Shown here piece by piece: positions 41,690 to 53,756 of a stretch of 64,000 bases of DNA. The position numbers were made by a program, and so were the translations under genes. The notes beneath the pieces were generated by a model. That model saw only the letters and a program-made list of their open reading frames with translations, was not told the origin of the DNA and searched no databases. The DNA comes from Cyanidioschyzon merolae (taxonomy: Eukaryota), in NCBI GenBank assembly GCA_000091205.1, contig AP006496.2; one strand, written 5' to 3'. Position 1 is the first letter of the stretch. Every line of letters starts with the position of its first letter.

Positions 41690-42671
41690 TCTTCCTGCCG
41701 GCCAAAGTGTGTGTGTGCGCTAGTGCCTGCAACGCTCCTGGTACGCCTCGGGGGAGTATAACGGAGAATTGCTCGCGGGCTGGTGACCCGGGCGACGCGA
41801 TCTCCGGGAGGGGCTTGAGGCGGCGCGCGCCATTGCGCAGCGTCACGCTTTCGTCTGTTGACTGGTGTTAACGAGAAACGTCCAATAATTGTATTTAAAT
41901 GTATTAAATGATACAAAAATGAAATAGAAGCGTCAGCCTCATCTGGATGTGCTCGGAGCACGGAGACGGCTGCGACGATTTTTACGGTTTGACAGATCGC
42001 TCACATTGACCATGGATCGCAGAATGCGGAGTTGATGGATATTGGCTTTCAGGAAAGCGTCCATCATGCCGCTGCACCCTATCTTCAGTTTCCATTATTC
42101 ACGCTTCCTTTCGGCTGTACTGCTCGTCTAGTACGTTCTATCGTGCGCTGAGTTCCTGCTTTGAGCAGCCGCCGTAGCGCCTGTACCACTTGAGCGAATG
42201 CATCACGGAGACAGAACGGCTTTTTCCGTACCACTGAGGGCGTTGGCTCGAGGCGAGCATCATCCGGCACGGGGTCGGTGTATATCATCATTGTGGAAGC
42301 CTGCAAACTGCGCAGACAGACCAAGAGCTTGCGGTAATGGGAAGCGATATGCAAGGAGACCATCGCGACCAGAGCGACGCCCAGACGGTGCCTACCCGCT
42401 CCTCGTCCCAGCGTAGACTGCATTGGGGACGAGTCGCTCAGATCTCACTAAAGCACGTGCAAATGGGGCGAGCATCAAGCACGAGCGTGGGAGACTCGTC
42501 TCGCGTGCGGGACCTTCCGCACAGGCGGCAACCTTTCGACAATACGGGAAGATTTTCCCTCTTTTCATGTTTATCGTTGAGGGGGAATGAAATCGTTACA
42601 TCTTTGCTATTTAATGATTAGTCTCTTTTCTTTTTTCCGTATTGTGCGGTCGATACGCGCATCTCCATATC

Positions 42672-45160
42672 TGGCAGGCATGAGACACGACGTGCATCTC
42701 GCTGTTGAGGGGAAACGAGATCCTGACCTTTAGTGTGCAGCTCTAACCTACAAGTTGTATTATGGTTGAAGTCATAGCAGAGTATGCTCTCTCGATTCAA
42801 TCGTGTTTCAGCCCTCAAGCAAGTACATTCAAGTGATTTTCCACGATTTATAGCGGACGCATTCGAAATAGGATCTTTTTCAAAAATAAAAAAGAAAAGT
42901 AATCGAAATGGAAGTAGAGGATCCCGGAGGCGCGGTGTCACCTGCTGGTGGAAAAAAACGAAAAACAGAGTCAAACGTAGAGGAACAAGACATGACGAAG
43001 AAGCAGAAGAAGAAGGCCCGACGCCAAAGGCTGCGAGAAAGATGACAATACTACGAGATTGTTGTAAAAGCCTGTCTTCTTGGATAAATCAAGGATCTGT
43101 ACAAGCAAAAGTTACGAGAGGCCATCAGAAACTGTGTAGATTCGTACTCCATGAGTGGTATAAAGGCTTCGTCAGGGCTAATGCATTTGGTGAAGGAGCT
43201 GTATCGGGACCTGATGGAAATCAAAAGACGCGTGGTTCCGGAAGGTTTATTCAACAAGACCTTTTTTCGCCACCTGATTGTTGGCACAGGGGCAGCGTCG
43301 AGAAGAGATGAGGGAATGCACGCCCTCTACGAAAAATTCGCCGAATTCCGCTTCGACGGTACTCGATACATGGGTGATGCGGATATTTACGGATGCGGGG
43401 CAATGAAGTACCTCACGAATCTGAAGAACAATATGCTCAGTATCCTCGAACGTTTCATGTTACGTTCTATCTTTGCGCTGTACCCGGGCCTGTCTCGCAA
43501 TGGGATATGGGGCATCATCGAAAGTATCACGAACAATCGCCAGCATGAAGATAGGATCCAATCCGTCGACGACAAGACATCACGCAGGAGCAGGAATGAA
43601 GCTTCTGTATTGCGTACGGCTATACAGGAGCATCGTGCGGTACGGGGACTGGCGAATCCTGCAGAAAAGGTAACGGAAATGAAAAAAGATGTTATCACCT
43701 CATCCTAAGCTATTTCGTGCTTCTGGACCGAGAACTCGAACGCAAGGCAGAGATGGAGCTGGGCGTGAGAAAAAATGAAGAGTCGTTGGAACGGAAGGCT
43801 TTCCTGATGTGGAAGCGCTTCAACGTGGTTCCGTTGTGCAACATCAAGTCACATTTTGTGACTATCGACTCCGGAGTCGTTCATGGCATCGTAAGGGAGA
43901 TCAGTCCGGAGTTCGATGTAAGCAAGATAGAGTTCACCGATGAAACGCGGGAGACGTACTGGAAGAATATCTTCGATTTCAAACGTCTCAAAGTGAGCAA
44001 GCAAAAGCAGTTCACTGGGATGATCGAAACCGATGGAGAAGCCATCTGCGTACATCATCGGCGCTTGAAAGCAGATCGTCCAGTTCCGTCCTCGGCTTCG
44101 CCCTCGGCGAAGCATGAAGAAAAGAAGGTGGCGGATCCTGCGACACAGAAAGTGCAGGACAACGACTTTGTCGTTGGCGCGGCCCCCGGGAACTTGAATA
44201 TCACAACCATTGAAGCACCCAAGTGTGCGGAACATGGTGACGACGGCAACTGACGTCAGAAGGACATGCGTCTTGTAAAGTTCTCAAGGGCGAGGTATCG
44301 CCTAGAATCGTGAATAATGAATGCAAGGAAGAAATTTGGGACTTGGAATGCAGGAGTGAAGGAGCGCCTGGAAGCTATGAGCGCGGTGACGAACCGCGGA
44401 GCGGGCTTTGACTATTTTCGGGAATTCATGGAAGTTCGCATTGCTCATTGGGATGCGCTGTGAGGGGAGTACACCAAGTCACGATTAGCTCGTAAGTGTA
44501 TGAGACTGTACTGTGGGAAGCAGCTTCGCGTCGCGAACTTCTTCAATGAATTGAGCGCCCTCAAAGAGGATGAAAGGCGGAGGCTTGTAACAGCATACGG
44601 AGCAGGACGCTAGGCTTCCAAAAAAGGAGCATACCTGTTCCATCGACAAGAGTGTACAAGGAGTGCACACATCGTTTTCTCACGATACGGGTAGATGAGT
44701 TCTGAGCGTCGTATACACACTTCGAGCTGGGGTGTATACTCCAGAGGGTCGAGATGGAAAAGTGCCAGCGGAGCTCTAAGGATGTAAAAAAGTACGGAGC
44801 GCTGAAAGAACAGGAAATGGAACGGAGGGCACAGGTTCGAGAACTCCTTGCACTGGTGGGTACAACCAACGGGGGCAAGAAACGCATGGAGTTCGAGAAC
44901 GGTGACTTGTTCTCGCCGCAATCAATAGAACGAGATATGCGGTCCCGGAGAAGAGACCCGACGCGCTAACACGATCTAAAATTCGCAGGGCAGCCGTGCA
45001 GTGTCGAGGTGTACAACGAGAAACTGAAACCAGTAGCAGAGGGCCGGTCCAAAAAGACTGGAGGCGTCTGCACGTCAGTTGGAGATGTATTGTCTATGGC
45101 GGTCACTCGCCACTAATGTGCACCGGTTATGCAGCGTTTGATGATTGAACGGCATGCCTG
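42672..45160 (+). mobile_element. Fanzor-family element, copy B (degraded)
   Basis: It is collinear with copy A from ctggcaggcatgagacacgacg (about 4165 in copy A) through the conserved 3' block at 45031-45080. It has an AT-rich leader. Coding capacity is disrupted; see the pseudogene feature. Confidence 0.65.
43717..44969 (+). pseudogene. TnpB-like ORF2 of copy B, inactivated
   Basis: The RuvC-I Asp is replaced ([14 protein letters not shown] against [14 protein letters not shown] in A). There is a stop after ...CAEHGDDGN at 44253, and further frame breaks. The RuvC-III region has degenerated to MEFENGDLFSPQSIERD. The ORF1 homologue upstream also carries TGA and TAA stops (43043, 43085) and a TAA at 43706. 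Confidence 0.65.
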
Positions 45161-46402
45161 TGCTGGTGGTGGTGGTGCTGCGATGCGCAGGACGCACAAA
45201 CTCCGGCCTGCGTCGTTGCATCGCAAGGAGAAAAGATACGTCAGGGCAGGAGCAGGCGCCTACGAGTATCCCGCCTGTCATGTCTGCGCGGTGCAGGTTC
45301 ATTTGGTGGCTGTGCATTGGGTGCAGCGCGATGCACGCTTCTACAATGACTTGGAACTGTGTAACGCAACGATTGGCGGTAGCGGGTTGCATCGCTGTTA
45401 CTTCATGGTGCAGGTGCAGCCGCTGTATGTATCCCGCGAACTGAGGTACCACTCTCATCGATTCATGCACAAGCGCTGCGGCCATGCACTGATGCTGCGT
45501 TATGGGCGTCGGTGAATCGGCGAACAGGCTTCTCGCTCCACGGACTAACCTTCAAAAGCTTCGATCAAAAAGCCTCTGGGAGCGGGTTTTCTCGTTGCGG
45601 ACCTTAAAAGGCGATACCGTACAATTCTGTTGGCATCGTATTCGGAAATCGCAGCAGAGGAGCGCCAAGCATTCCGTGGCTGGTTTGCGAGATTCGCTGT
45701 CTGCTAGGCGAGGACTATGGACCTGAGCCACTCCCGACGCAGTGCCAGGCGAGCATGCATGCCACCCCTGGCACATCGCTATGATGCTCATATGTTCAAG
45801 GTCCAAGTATGCCCAGCCACGGCCATCGCTCCAATGCTGACTTGCTGGTGTCAACAGGACAACACCCCGTCTCCGCAAGGCTATTTCTTTATGAACCGGC
45901 CATGTCCGGAAACGTAAGCATAGCATGACAGAATCCTGTATGATATAGGATAGAGACGATGGTTTTTAATTCTCTAATCAGCAGGAGAGAGAGCGTTGCC
46001 AGCGAGCACGCTGCGCGAACAACAGGAACGGTTAGTGGTCGCTGCTACCTCTTGTCACGTAGATTATCACTCGATCACCCAGATGCACTTGTGAGCGTAG
46101 CGCCCATCATCCCTGAATTCCGAATCCTAGTGAAATGTTCCCCATGAGTGATAAAACTTGCCTGTGTAGACGATCCCCAAAGCGCCGGTGGTGCTGTAGC
46201 CGTCCACCTGCTGCGCCTCCGGCTTGCGCAGTCCTAACGCAGATGACGCGTACGCTGTCGTGCAGCGCCACAGTGTTACGCCTACCTGTTGCCGTTCGGG
46301 TTAGGTAGGTTTTGTTTTCGGGCGCTCCGTCTTGGTGTAAGCGGTAGTCAGAGGTGCTCGGCGCAGGAGCAGCGACAACCGAGTGTTGCGCGTGCGTTTC
46401 CC

Positions 46403-46819
46403 ATGGGCGCCGTTGACGAGGTGGTGGAGCCTCCTCTGGCCCACGACGTTCGGGCAGACGTGCTCGAGACGTTGAAGGCGAGCGGCGAGTGGTGGAGACT
46501 GCGTCGACTTTTTAGAGAGCAGCTTGAGGACTGTGGCTGGCGTGATGCGGTGAAACGGCGCTTCCGTAGACTTGTGCGTGAAGCCGAACAGCGTGCTGGA
46601 GCCACAGCGACGCTCGCCGAAGACTCGTCCTCGCCTCAAGCCCAGGGTCCCTTTCTCCTGAGTCAACTTGATCTTGACGAACTTATTGATAAGGCTACCT
46701 CGCAAATATTCCTCGCAATTCCAGAATCTGTCCAGGAAGCACTGCTATGCAGTGTTCGCGAGAGTGTCTGTGCGGCAGTCGGTGAACTCGAGACTAGCTC
46801 CGCTCCTCCGAGCGTCTAA
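46403..46819 (+). CDS. ENY2: ENY2/Sus1-like transcription and mRNA-export factor (SAGA DUB / TREX-2 subunit), 138 aa
   Basis: GEWWRLRRLFREQLEDCGWRDAVKRRFRRLVRE parallels human ENY2 [33 protein letters not shown]. Downstream, IPESVQEALLCSVRE parallels VPDSVKKELLQRIRT. The ATG is at 46403; the tracker start at 46289 is upstream. Confidence 0.55.
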   Translation: MGAVDEVVEPPLAHDVRADVLETLKASGEWWRLRRLFREQLEDCGWRDAVKRRFRRLVREAEQRAGATATLAEDSSSPQAQGPFLLSQLDLDELIDKATSQIFLAIPESVQEALLCSVRESVCAAVGELETSSAPPSV

Positions 46820-48412
46820 CACCGACGCTCTGCCATGAACCCTGAAATGCAGTGGAGGACGTCTATCGGGCGGTTTTGCTATTCTAGGAGCTTCACACCG
46901 CGACACAGAATTTGGCGGCAGAATAAGTGCTATACGATATGCAGCGTTTTGCGAACGACCTTGCATGTGACTTGCCGTTATCCATCAGAGCAGAGAATCC
47001 TGGAGTATCTGCACTAGAACGCTCTGTTTGTTTTTGTTGTTTTCTTGAAGGAATTCAACGACGGCGTTCATGGTGTTGATTGGAGAAGTGTTGCTGAAAG
47101 CGTCGATGTTGTCTGTGCTAGCTGGAAAATTATCTCGTTATGCATTCAGGTCAGTCGATCAACGGTCAGCTGGACGATGAGCCGCCCTTCTCGACGTGGG
47201 TAACCTGCACATCGTGCACCTAAACCATGTTTTATCAAAATCTTTCTTTACGATCGTCTCCTCGCCAATTCGTTCCACTCCATTCGTTCTTTATCAAAAA
47301 AGACCAAAGCAGCAGGCGTTGAAGTTTGCGTATCGTTGATACGAACGGAGATGAAGACCAGGATGGGCAAAGAAAATAGCGCGTTTGTATGGGAGACCAT
47401 CGCGCGTTGAATACGACGCAATCTACTTTGTGCTGAAACGCGAATGTCTATTACAAGAGCAACGGGTTTTCGCGTCACTCGAAGACATCGCATTCAGCAG
47501 AAGAGGTAGACCTTTACATAGGCTATCAAAGAGAGGAGACCATTGTTCGTCGAGAAGCGCATTGCGTGCATTCCGAAAACGTTGGACTCAGCGGCAATTC
47601 AGTCGTCTCGTCGACGACAAGTCGCAAACGGACCGAATTTTGTAACACCCAATCCATGTCGAAGCAATTCCTGGCTTCTTTCTTCACATTCTTCCGTCCT
47701 GCTCATACACAATTCGGTTTTTCATCATTCAAATGCAGCTAAAGAATACGCAGCTCAGATTGGCATAGATCTGCTCTTCGTGCCAGCGATTGCTCTCTGG
47801 GTCAATCCAATCGCGGGCGTTTTCTACGTTGTCAAACGCCACGTTTGCGCCCACGGATCCATAGACGAGTCGTTGGCATCAGTGATACCGTTCTTCGAGT
47901 AAATATGCTTCGGCACGTCGTTCTGAATCTTCACCAGTTGGCAACTGGTCCGTTGTTCGTCAGTATGAGTGCGGAAAGGAGCGAAACGACGCGTCCCGGT
48001 TCGCGGGCGTCCTCGGGACGGAGGAGGTGACGGAAAAGTAACTGGCGAATTGAAGATACATATATTGAAAAGGTGCGCAGCCGTTCCACAGTGAACCTAG
48101 TGCATATGCGTGCGGTGCGAAAAACGAATAAGACGTGTAGCGGTCATAACCATACCAATTCGTCAGGAGGACGATAAGGAATAGAAGGAGCTGGTCTCTG
48201 CGAGCAGATATGAAGCTTTCGAACAACTTTACGATTAGCGTTGGCGAGACTCATTTGTGGTTTTTCCTACACACTGAGAAAATAAGAAACAAATGGACAT
48301 GAACGATAGAACCCGATGGAATATCACGATTAATGCACGTTTCGAACACCAGGACAGGCTCGAGTAACCACCCCGTATTCTGAACCGTTCGTAATAGAAT
48401 AAGGGAATTTGT

Positions 48413-48900
48413 TTGCTGAAAGGCGTCAAGGCCTTCGCCCTACCGTTAGATCACGAGGGCGGAGCCAAATACCTGAACCGTAACCAGATGACGCCGCTCA
48501 GCTCTTCATGGACTTGGTATCATCGAGAGTCGGGCTTGATGGACCCCAGGAAGCACATCGCCAACTGGAATGACGACGACACGGCCTACCTTGATGCTCT
48601 GGGCACCATGCCATGCAGGCGCGGACACTTTGAACGCCTCGTCTGGAGAATACGTGAGAGCGCGCCTGGGCCGCCAACAGTTTCGGTTACAAGGATTCGC
48701 GACGTTTGCATTCGTCAACGTCTCTAATGACTTGGAAAAAGAAATGACCCACTGGTTGTGTCATTTGCTCGTAGCCAATCGCGCTGGACGTGCTGTAGCG
48801 CGCAAAGGCTGCACTCCTGGGGCCCCCGCCAGCACCCGAATCGAGTGCTGGAATCTCTTCTGTACGATTCGCATCGATGCGCTCTAGATGACGTACACGT
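48413..48900 (+). pseudogene. Divergent TnpB/Fanzor-like relic, copy D
   Basis: ORF 48413..48727 contains WYHRESGLMDPRKHIANWNDDDTAYLDAL. The counterparts are [28 protein letters not shown] in copy A and RARYRLES*IMNARKKFGTWNAGVKERLEAM in copy B. The ~130 aa that follow in A are collapsed here, and no RuvC-III motif is recognisable. Confidence 0.3.
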
Positions 48901-49565
48901 TTCAAGATTCGAGGAAGACGCTGAAGCAGGCTGAGCAGGAAAGCTTCAAACAGAGCTGAATGCACGAGATGGTGTCCTTGAAGACGAACAGACGTCAAAT
49001 GAGGATACAATAGAATAAGACAGGCCTGCACGGGGGTGTGTGCGAGCACCACCAACGATGCGCGCAAGCATTTTATGCACCAAGTCTTCAGCGCCTCAAT
49101 CAACATCCGAAAATATCTCGTGCTTCTGGAGCGTTCACACGCTTTAATTCAAGCAAGCCTTGGACGGAAGCGTTGAGTACTCTGAGTAGACGTTATGCGG
49201 AAACGCTGAAAACTTGTTATGAAAAAACCAGTCGCCAGTACAGTGGCAGTTGGATGCGCACCCGAAGCAAGGCACTGGTACAGTCCGCTTCGACAAGCCA
49301 GAGGCGCTGGACCGCCGCATGCATATACCTGGAATTTGATTCCTGGTTCATCGATAGACGATTATGGTGCTCCATGTTTCGATGTGACTTAGAAGCGGAC
49401 CGGTTCAACGCATGAGTGCCAAAATCGCAGCAGTATACACCAGAATGCACTAGGATATAGCGGCAAGAAAACAACAAGGATACAGGACCTTGTCAAGAGA
49501 TGGAGTGAACTATGGTCTTTTACATTTCGCCGTCGCGCTTTTTCTCGAAGAGTTTGTTTCATGGA

Positions 49566-50750
49566 TCAGGCTTTTTTCACCTTACCGCCTCGCAGCGTCT
49601 TCACCTGGGAGTAAATGGCAACTCCAGCGAGTGCGATGACAGTCCCAATGATGTTCTGTCGTGAAACGGGATTTCGGAAAAAGAGCACGGAGCTCACAAT
49701 AACCGCGACACGTTTCACGGTGTTTCCGATCGAATGCGTCACCGGCGAGACGCGCTGCAAGACCACATAGGAGAACTGGTTGTAGAGGTAATGCAGGAGT
49801 CCACAGAGCGCAAGCATCCCTAGCAATGAAAGACCTCCAATGGACGCATTCGCAGCACTCCACACACCTGCATACTTCGTGTAATCGACGACTATGGCTA
49901 ATGGGATAGCTGTAATCGCAGCTAAGCAGGATATCCAGCCGAAAAGGTTGACGTCATCGAACTCCACGCCTTTCATGAATTTTTTGCTTAGGACGTTGCG
50001 GGACTGGAAGGACACGTTGCTCGCAACTGCAGTAAGAAAACCGGGCCAGTTGAAGCTGACTTCGCTCACGGAGGCGAGAACAACACCGAATACAATTGGA
50101 ACCAGCGATGCATAGATTGGCCAGGAGAAGGTAGTACCGGGAAGAAAAATTTTCGCCAGAACCACGGAGAAGAAAGGTTCGCTTGCCTTGATGACATGGG
50201 TGAAACTAACCGCCATTTGTCGCAGGGAGAAGTTCGTGAAGAGGTTTCCAAAGAGATGCGCTAATGCCAGCGGATAGATTTTCCGCAAGTCGGCGGGTGT
50301 CGCGCGTTGAAACCGATGCATGCGCGTGCCCCACAGAAAAAGCGAAATAGTTGCCCCGGCGAGCATTTGTACGGCGGTGACACTCACGAAGAGCGGGAAT
50401 GACTTCATCAGCGTCTTGTTGACGATGTTAAAACCAATGTTTGCAGCATACCAACAGGCGATGTATGCTCCTAGGGCCAGACGGCGCCCAAGTGAGGCGC
50501 TGAGATCAGTCGGCGCACTCGTGCCGCTCGCCGCTGGCTCTGATGCCGTCATCTGCAGCGTTGCGGGCGAGCAATGCTGAGTATGACGTTCAATCACGTG
50601 GGTCTTGGTCTTTCCAGGAAAAAGACTACAGCGCTTGTACTGAATCGACTGCCAGCGCCTCGTGCTCGCTGGTGCCGTGTTCGAGCGAAAGGCTGCACCC
50701 GATAGCCGCCAGCACGGCGCAGGCGACGTCATCACAAATGCTGGCTCCAT
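49566..50750 (-). CDS. Plastidic phosphate translocator family protein (TPT/PPT/GPT-like, DMT superfamily), 394 aa with an N-terminal presequence
   Basis: LGAYIACWYAANIGFNIVNKTLMKSFPLFVSVTAV...HVIKASEPFFSVVLAKIFLPG...NVSFQSRNVLSKKFMKG. The KASEPFF and NV.F..RNV..KK motifs are characteristic of the plastid triose-phosphate and PEP translocators. About 90 aa of S/T/A/R-rich leader precede the first transmembrane helix. Confidence 0.8.
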   Translation of the reverse strand: MEPAFVMTSPAPCWRLSGAAFRSNTAPASTRRWQSIQYKRCSLFPGKTKTHVIERHTQHCSPATLQMTASEPAASGTSAPTDLSASLGRRLALGAYIACWYAANIGFNIVNKTLMKSFPLFVSVTAVQMLAGATISLFLWGTRMHRFQRATPADLRKIYPLALAHLFGNLFTNFSLRQMAVSFTHVIKASEPFFSVVLAKIFLPGTTFSWPIYASLVPIVFGVVLASVSEVSFNWPGFLTAVASNVSFQSRNVLSKKFMKGVEFDDVNLFGWISCLAAITAIPLAIVVDYTKYAGVWSAANASIGGLSLLGMLALCGLLHYLYNQFSYVVLQRVSPVTHSIGNTVKRVAVIVSSVLFFRNPVSRQNIIGTVIALAGVAIYSQVKTLRGGKVKKA

Positions 50751-51659
50751 TTTTATTTGTTCTCCTAAATTGAGTTGATGATGAACGAGGCTTCAAGATT
50801 CTGTGAACTAGTTACGATCTCGCACAACGCTTACCCAGTTGCGTGGCCGGCAAGCTGCGCGTCCAGTGGAGGGTTTCGTATCCGTCGAGCTGCGAAGGCG
50901 GATAAGAGCAGTGCCTGGAAACGGATCGCCGCCGCCGCCGCCGCCGCCGTCGCCGCCGCAGTTGTGCCATCAGCACAGGCCGCGTATATTCGCCGATCGT
51001 CGTTGCATTGAAGAGCAGAGGGGCATTTCGTACAGACTGTACATTTATGTCAGTTTTGAGATCAGACGGACATAGGGATGTTGTGGACGATTCGTGTTGT
51101 TCATTGATCGCGAGCTTGGTACCTGGAGCGTTGCATGATCGAGCTGGGATCCCTAACGATCGGACCAGTCTGAGGCTGGTGGAATGAAACAGGTACAGGA
51201 TATACTAGATGATCTTTTTCGCGGCTGCTGGGAGAACTCGCGTATGCGCTGGGATTCCGATGGAGTGCATCGAGCTTCCATCATTAAAGCAGGGGTGACG
51301 CATAGTCTATTCCCGGCGGAATTGGTGCAGATCGGCAACGATCCCTGCACGCCCGATTACAAGCGGCACTTACGCATTTGCAAGAATTTGGGTAGATCCG
51401 CCTACCCGGGACGACGTGACAGGCAGCATACGACCTTCGTTGGTGCGCACTAAATAATGCACATTTGTATTCCTAGCAAGTATAGTGCACCTGGTAGGCG
51501 TTGGCTTTGAGCCCCGATGGTCGTTCTGCGGAAAACATAAAGTATGTGTACGAAAGTCCTCGTTCACAGCAGAGGATTAGCACCGTCGTAGCCAAAACAA
51601 GGCCGGGTGACTGGCAGGTGTTCGGATCTCTTGGTCAGCGATCTGGTCTCTCGGACATT

Positions 51660-52856
51660 GCACCCATATCAGACGAAACGGGAAGGCCTACAAACAGATG
51701 ACTCGAGCGTCCGTTCAAAAGTTCGGGTCTATTGCCAATGCCATCCAACATGGGCCTCCGCGTGCCTTTGAGCTGCCTGCTGTTTTCGCTCTCTCTTACC
51801 TTCGGATTTACATGCGCCTGTCGCTCATGAACCTCTCCCAGCTGCGATGTCAGCCGTCGACAGATGTCGACGGGAGCGTTCAAGTCCCGACTGCGCCGTT
51901 CCCGGCAGTTGTCGACGCATTTCGTGCACGAGCGGAAGTTGCAATGCACAACCCGTCTGCCGTTTTTCATCCTCTCTGTACTCGGACGCAGACTGCCCGT
52001 CACCACGATGACATTTGATCGCACTCAGGTGTTTTCGCAGGTTAAGAACACGTGCCTCTCTGAACGCCGCTCTGTGGCGCGTGAACGCTTGCCTCAGTGC
52101 TCGGTAGACGCCCTTGGCGGGTGCAGGAGGCTCCACTCGATGCACTCTTCCATATCCCCGCCCAGTGCCGTACATCTGAATCACGGGCTTGTTCTGGGCG
52201 GTGCCTTTGGTATCTACGTTGTTCGCTGTATGTGCACGCGCACGGTGCTCGCTCCAATAAAGGACTTGCGGGACGCCTTCTTGCCCATATGAAACAAGTG
52301 CCAGAGGGAAGTCCGGCCAGACGAAGAATTCGCGGCGGTGCGATTCGCCCACGCGCGCGTCTTGCACAGCGCTGACGCGTTCTCCAGTGGAGGCGCTCGC
52401 TGCGATAACTAGGGTCCGAGTCCAGTACACGGTGCTGTGTAGGCACAGGAGCCGCGATGCTCTGTGAGCGTACTCCCTGAGAGGCAACATGCTGCTGCTG
52501 AATGCCGCTGGGTCGATGGCCACGAACCAAAGAGCATCTGCCTTCGGAACCAGGTCAATGATCTCCGGCGACAAGCACAGTGAGCTTTAGGCATCGTGCT
52601 GTGAGCAAGATGTCGAAAGCAGACTTTGAGCGTTTCTCGGCGTCCATAAAGCAGCGCAGGCCTCTGCGCCAACGTGTTGCCTTGAAACAGAAATGCAGGA
52701 TAGCTGACGCATATGTGATTTGAGCATTCTGCACATAAGGAAAGGAGAAGTGTGCAGGCGTGAATGTAGGTATTGGATCATGGTATTGGTTTTGCTACAA
52801 ACCGCTGTCCCATGATGTCGCGAGTCGCCTAGAGTCCGGTGAGCCACCGAATACCA
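51660..52856 (-). repeat. Inverted-repeat arm 1 (~1.2 kb; contains an R1-family copy and a 249-aa ORF reading outward)
   Basis: Its reverse complement is ~99% identical to 55988-57192. The ORFs 51825..52574(-) and 56279..57028(+) are the same 249 aa apart from 3 substitutions. Boundaries were set where identity is lost: at ...ataccaa|t on the inner side and after ...SSDMG on the outer side. Confidence 0.85.
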
Positions 52857-53756
52857 ATTTCAAACAAAAAAAAACACGCGAAGAAGCTACTCCTAAAACA
52901 CGACCGAGACTCCCGGAATTCTGCATGCATCTGCAGGCCCTCCATACTGCACTTTAAATACCAATGCGGTGCACCCAAGAAATGTTAAGAAAAAATCGAA
53001 AGGCAGGAACAGATCGAGCAGATCAGTGTTCTATCCATATCTGAAACGGGTGTCGCGCATACGCTGCGTGCGATGGGCTCGGCACCGGCGAAGCGTCTCG
53101 TCGCCCGTCTCAGACAACAGCTTTTGAGACAACATTGTACCAGGGCGCACCGCCAGCTGCTAGAACGCATCCGCATCGATCATCGCCTGCGCCGCGCTCC
53201 GCGGGCGCTTCACACCGGGCAGCGTCGCAGGCCGTCGACACCACCTCTTTTCTGAGACAAAAAGGACACAGATCCATCGACCGGCGATCGCCGCATGGCT
53301 TCGCCAGCCGGCATGCCTGCATGGTGGCGCTCAGCGCGTTTTCCGCAGCCGCACCCGGACGCTGCGCCGTTCAGATTGAGACGATTTGAATCCGGGTCTG
53401 CGCGCGCGGCAGTTCGTGCGCGCGCACCCTCCTCAGAGCGCGCAAACGTGTTGTTTGGTGTCTTTGACCCAGAGGCTAACCTAACGAGGTTTCCGCAAGG
53501 CGTCTACGTACGTACTAGATAGAAACTTTCAAGGACGACTTTACCGCCTTGATATCTTAGTGGATTCAGCGCATAGAACAAGTGTTTCTCTCTCGAACCG
53601 AGGAGTCGCGCCACCGAAACCTGACGAGTCCGTTATCCGGTTCGCGCCGCCACGTTTTACCCGCTGCTTAGCTCAGGTCGGCAAAACACCAGGGAACTGA
53701 AGTGAAGTTCATAGTTTTCACTGTTTCGTGAGTATTTTAATTGGAAAGGTCATCAA

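Noticed and set aside
51825-52574. The 249-aa ORF in each inverted-repeat arm as a tyrosine recombinase (Crypton or DIRS-like). The segment ALRQAFTRH...IKCHRGDG...SASEY superficially resembles the H-x-x-R...H/W...Y catalytic region.
   Set aside because: The candidate Tyr and the His/Arg positions are not conserved in the other four family copies. Those copies also change frame across the same region. The overall aa-to-nt identity ratio looks neutral. No upstream R...K boxes are found. The spacer carries no RT or RNaseH, so it is not a DIRS. The ORF is most likely an open frame that happens to persist in the youngest repeat copies.
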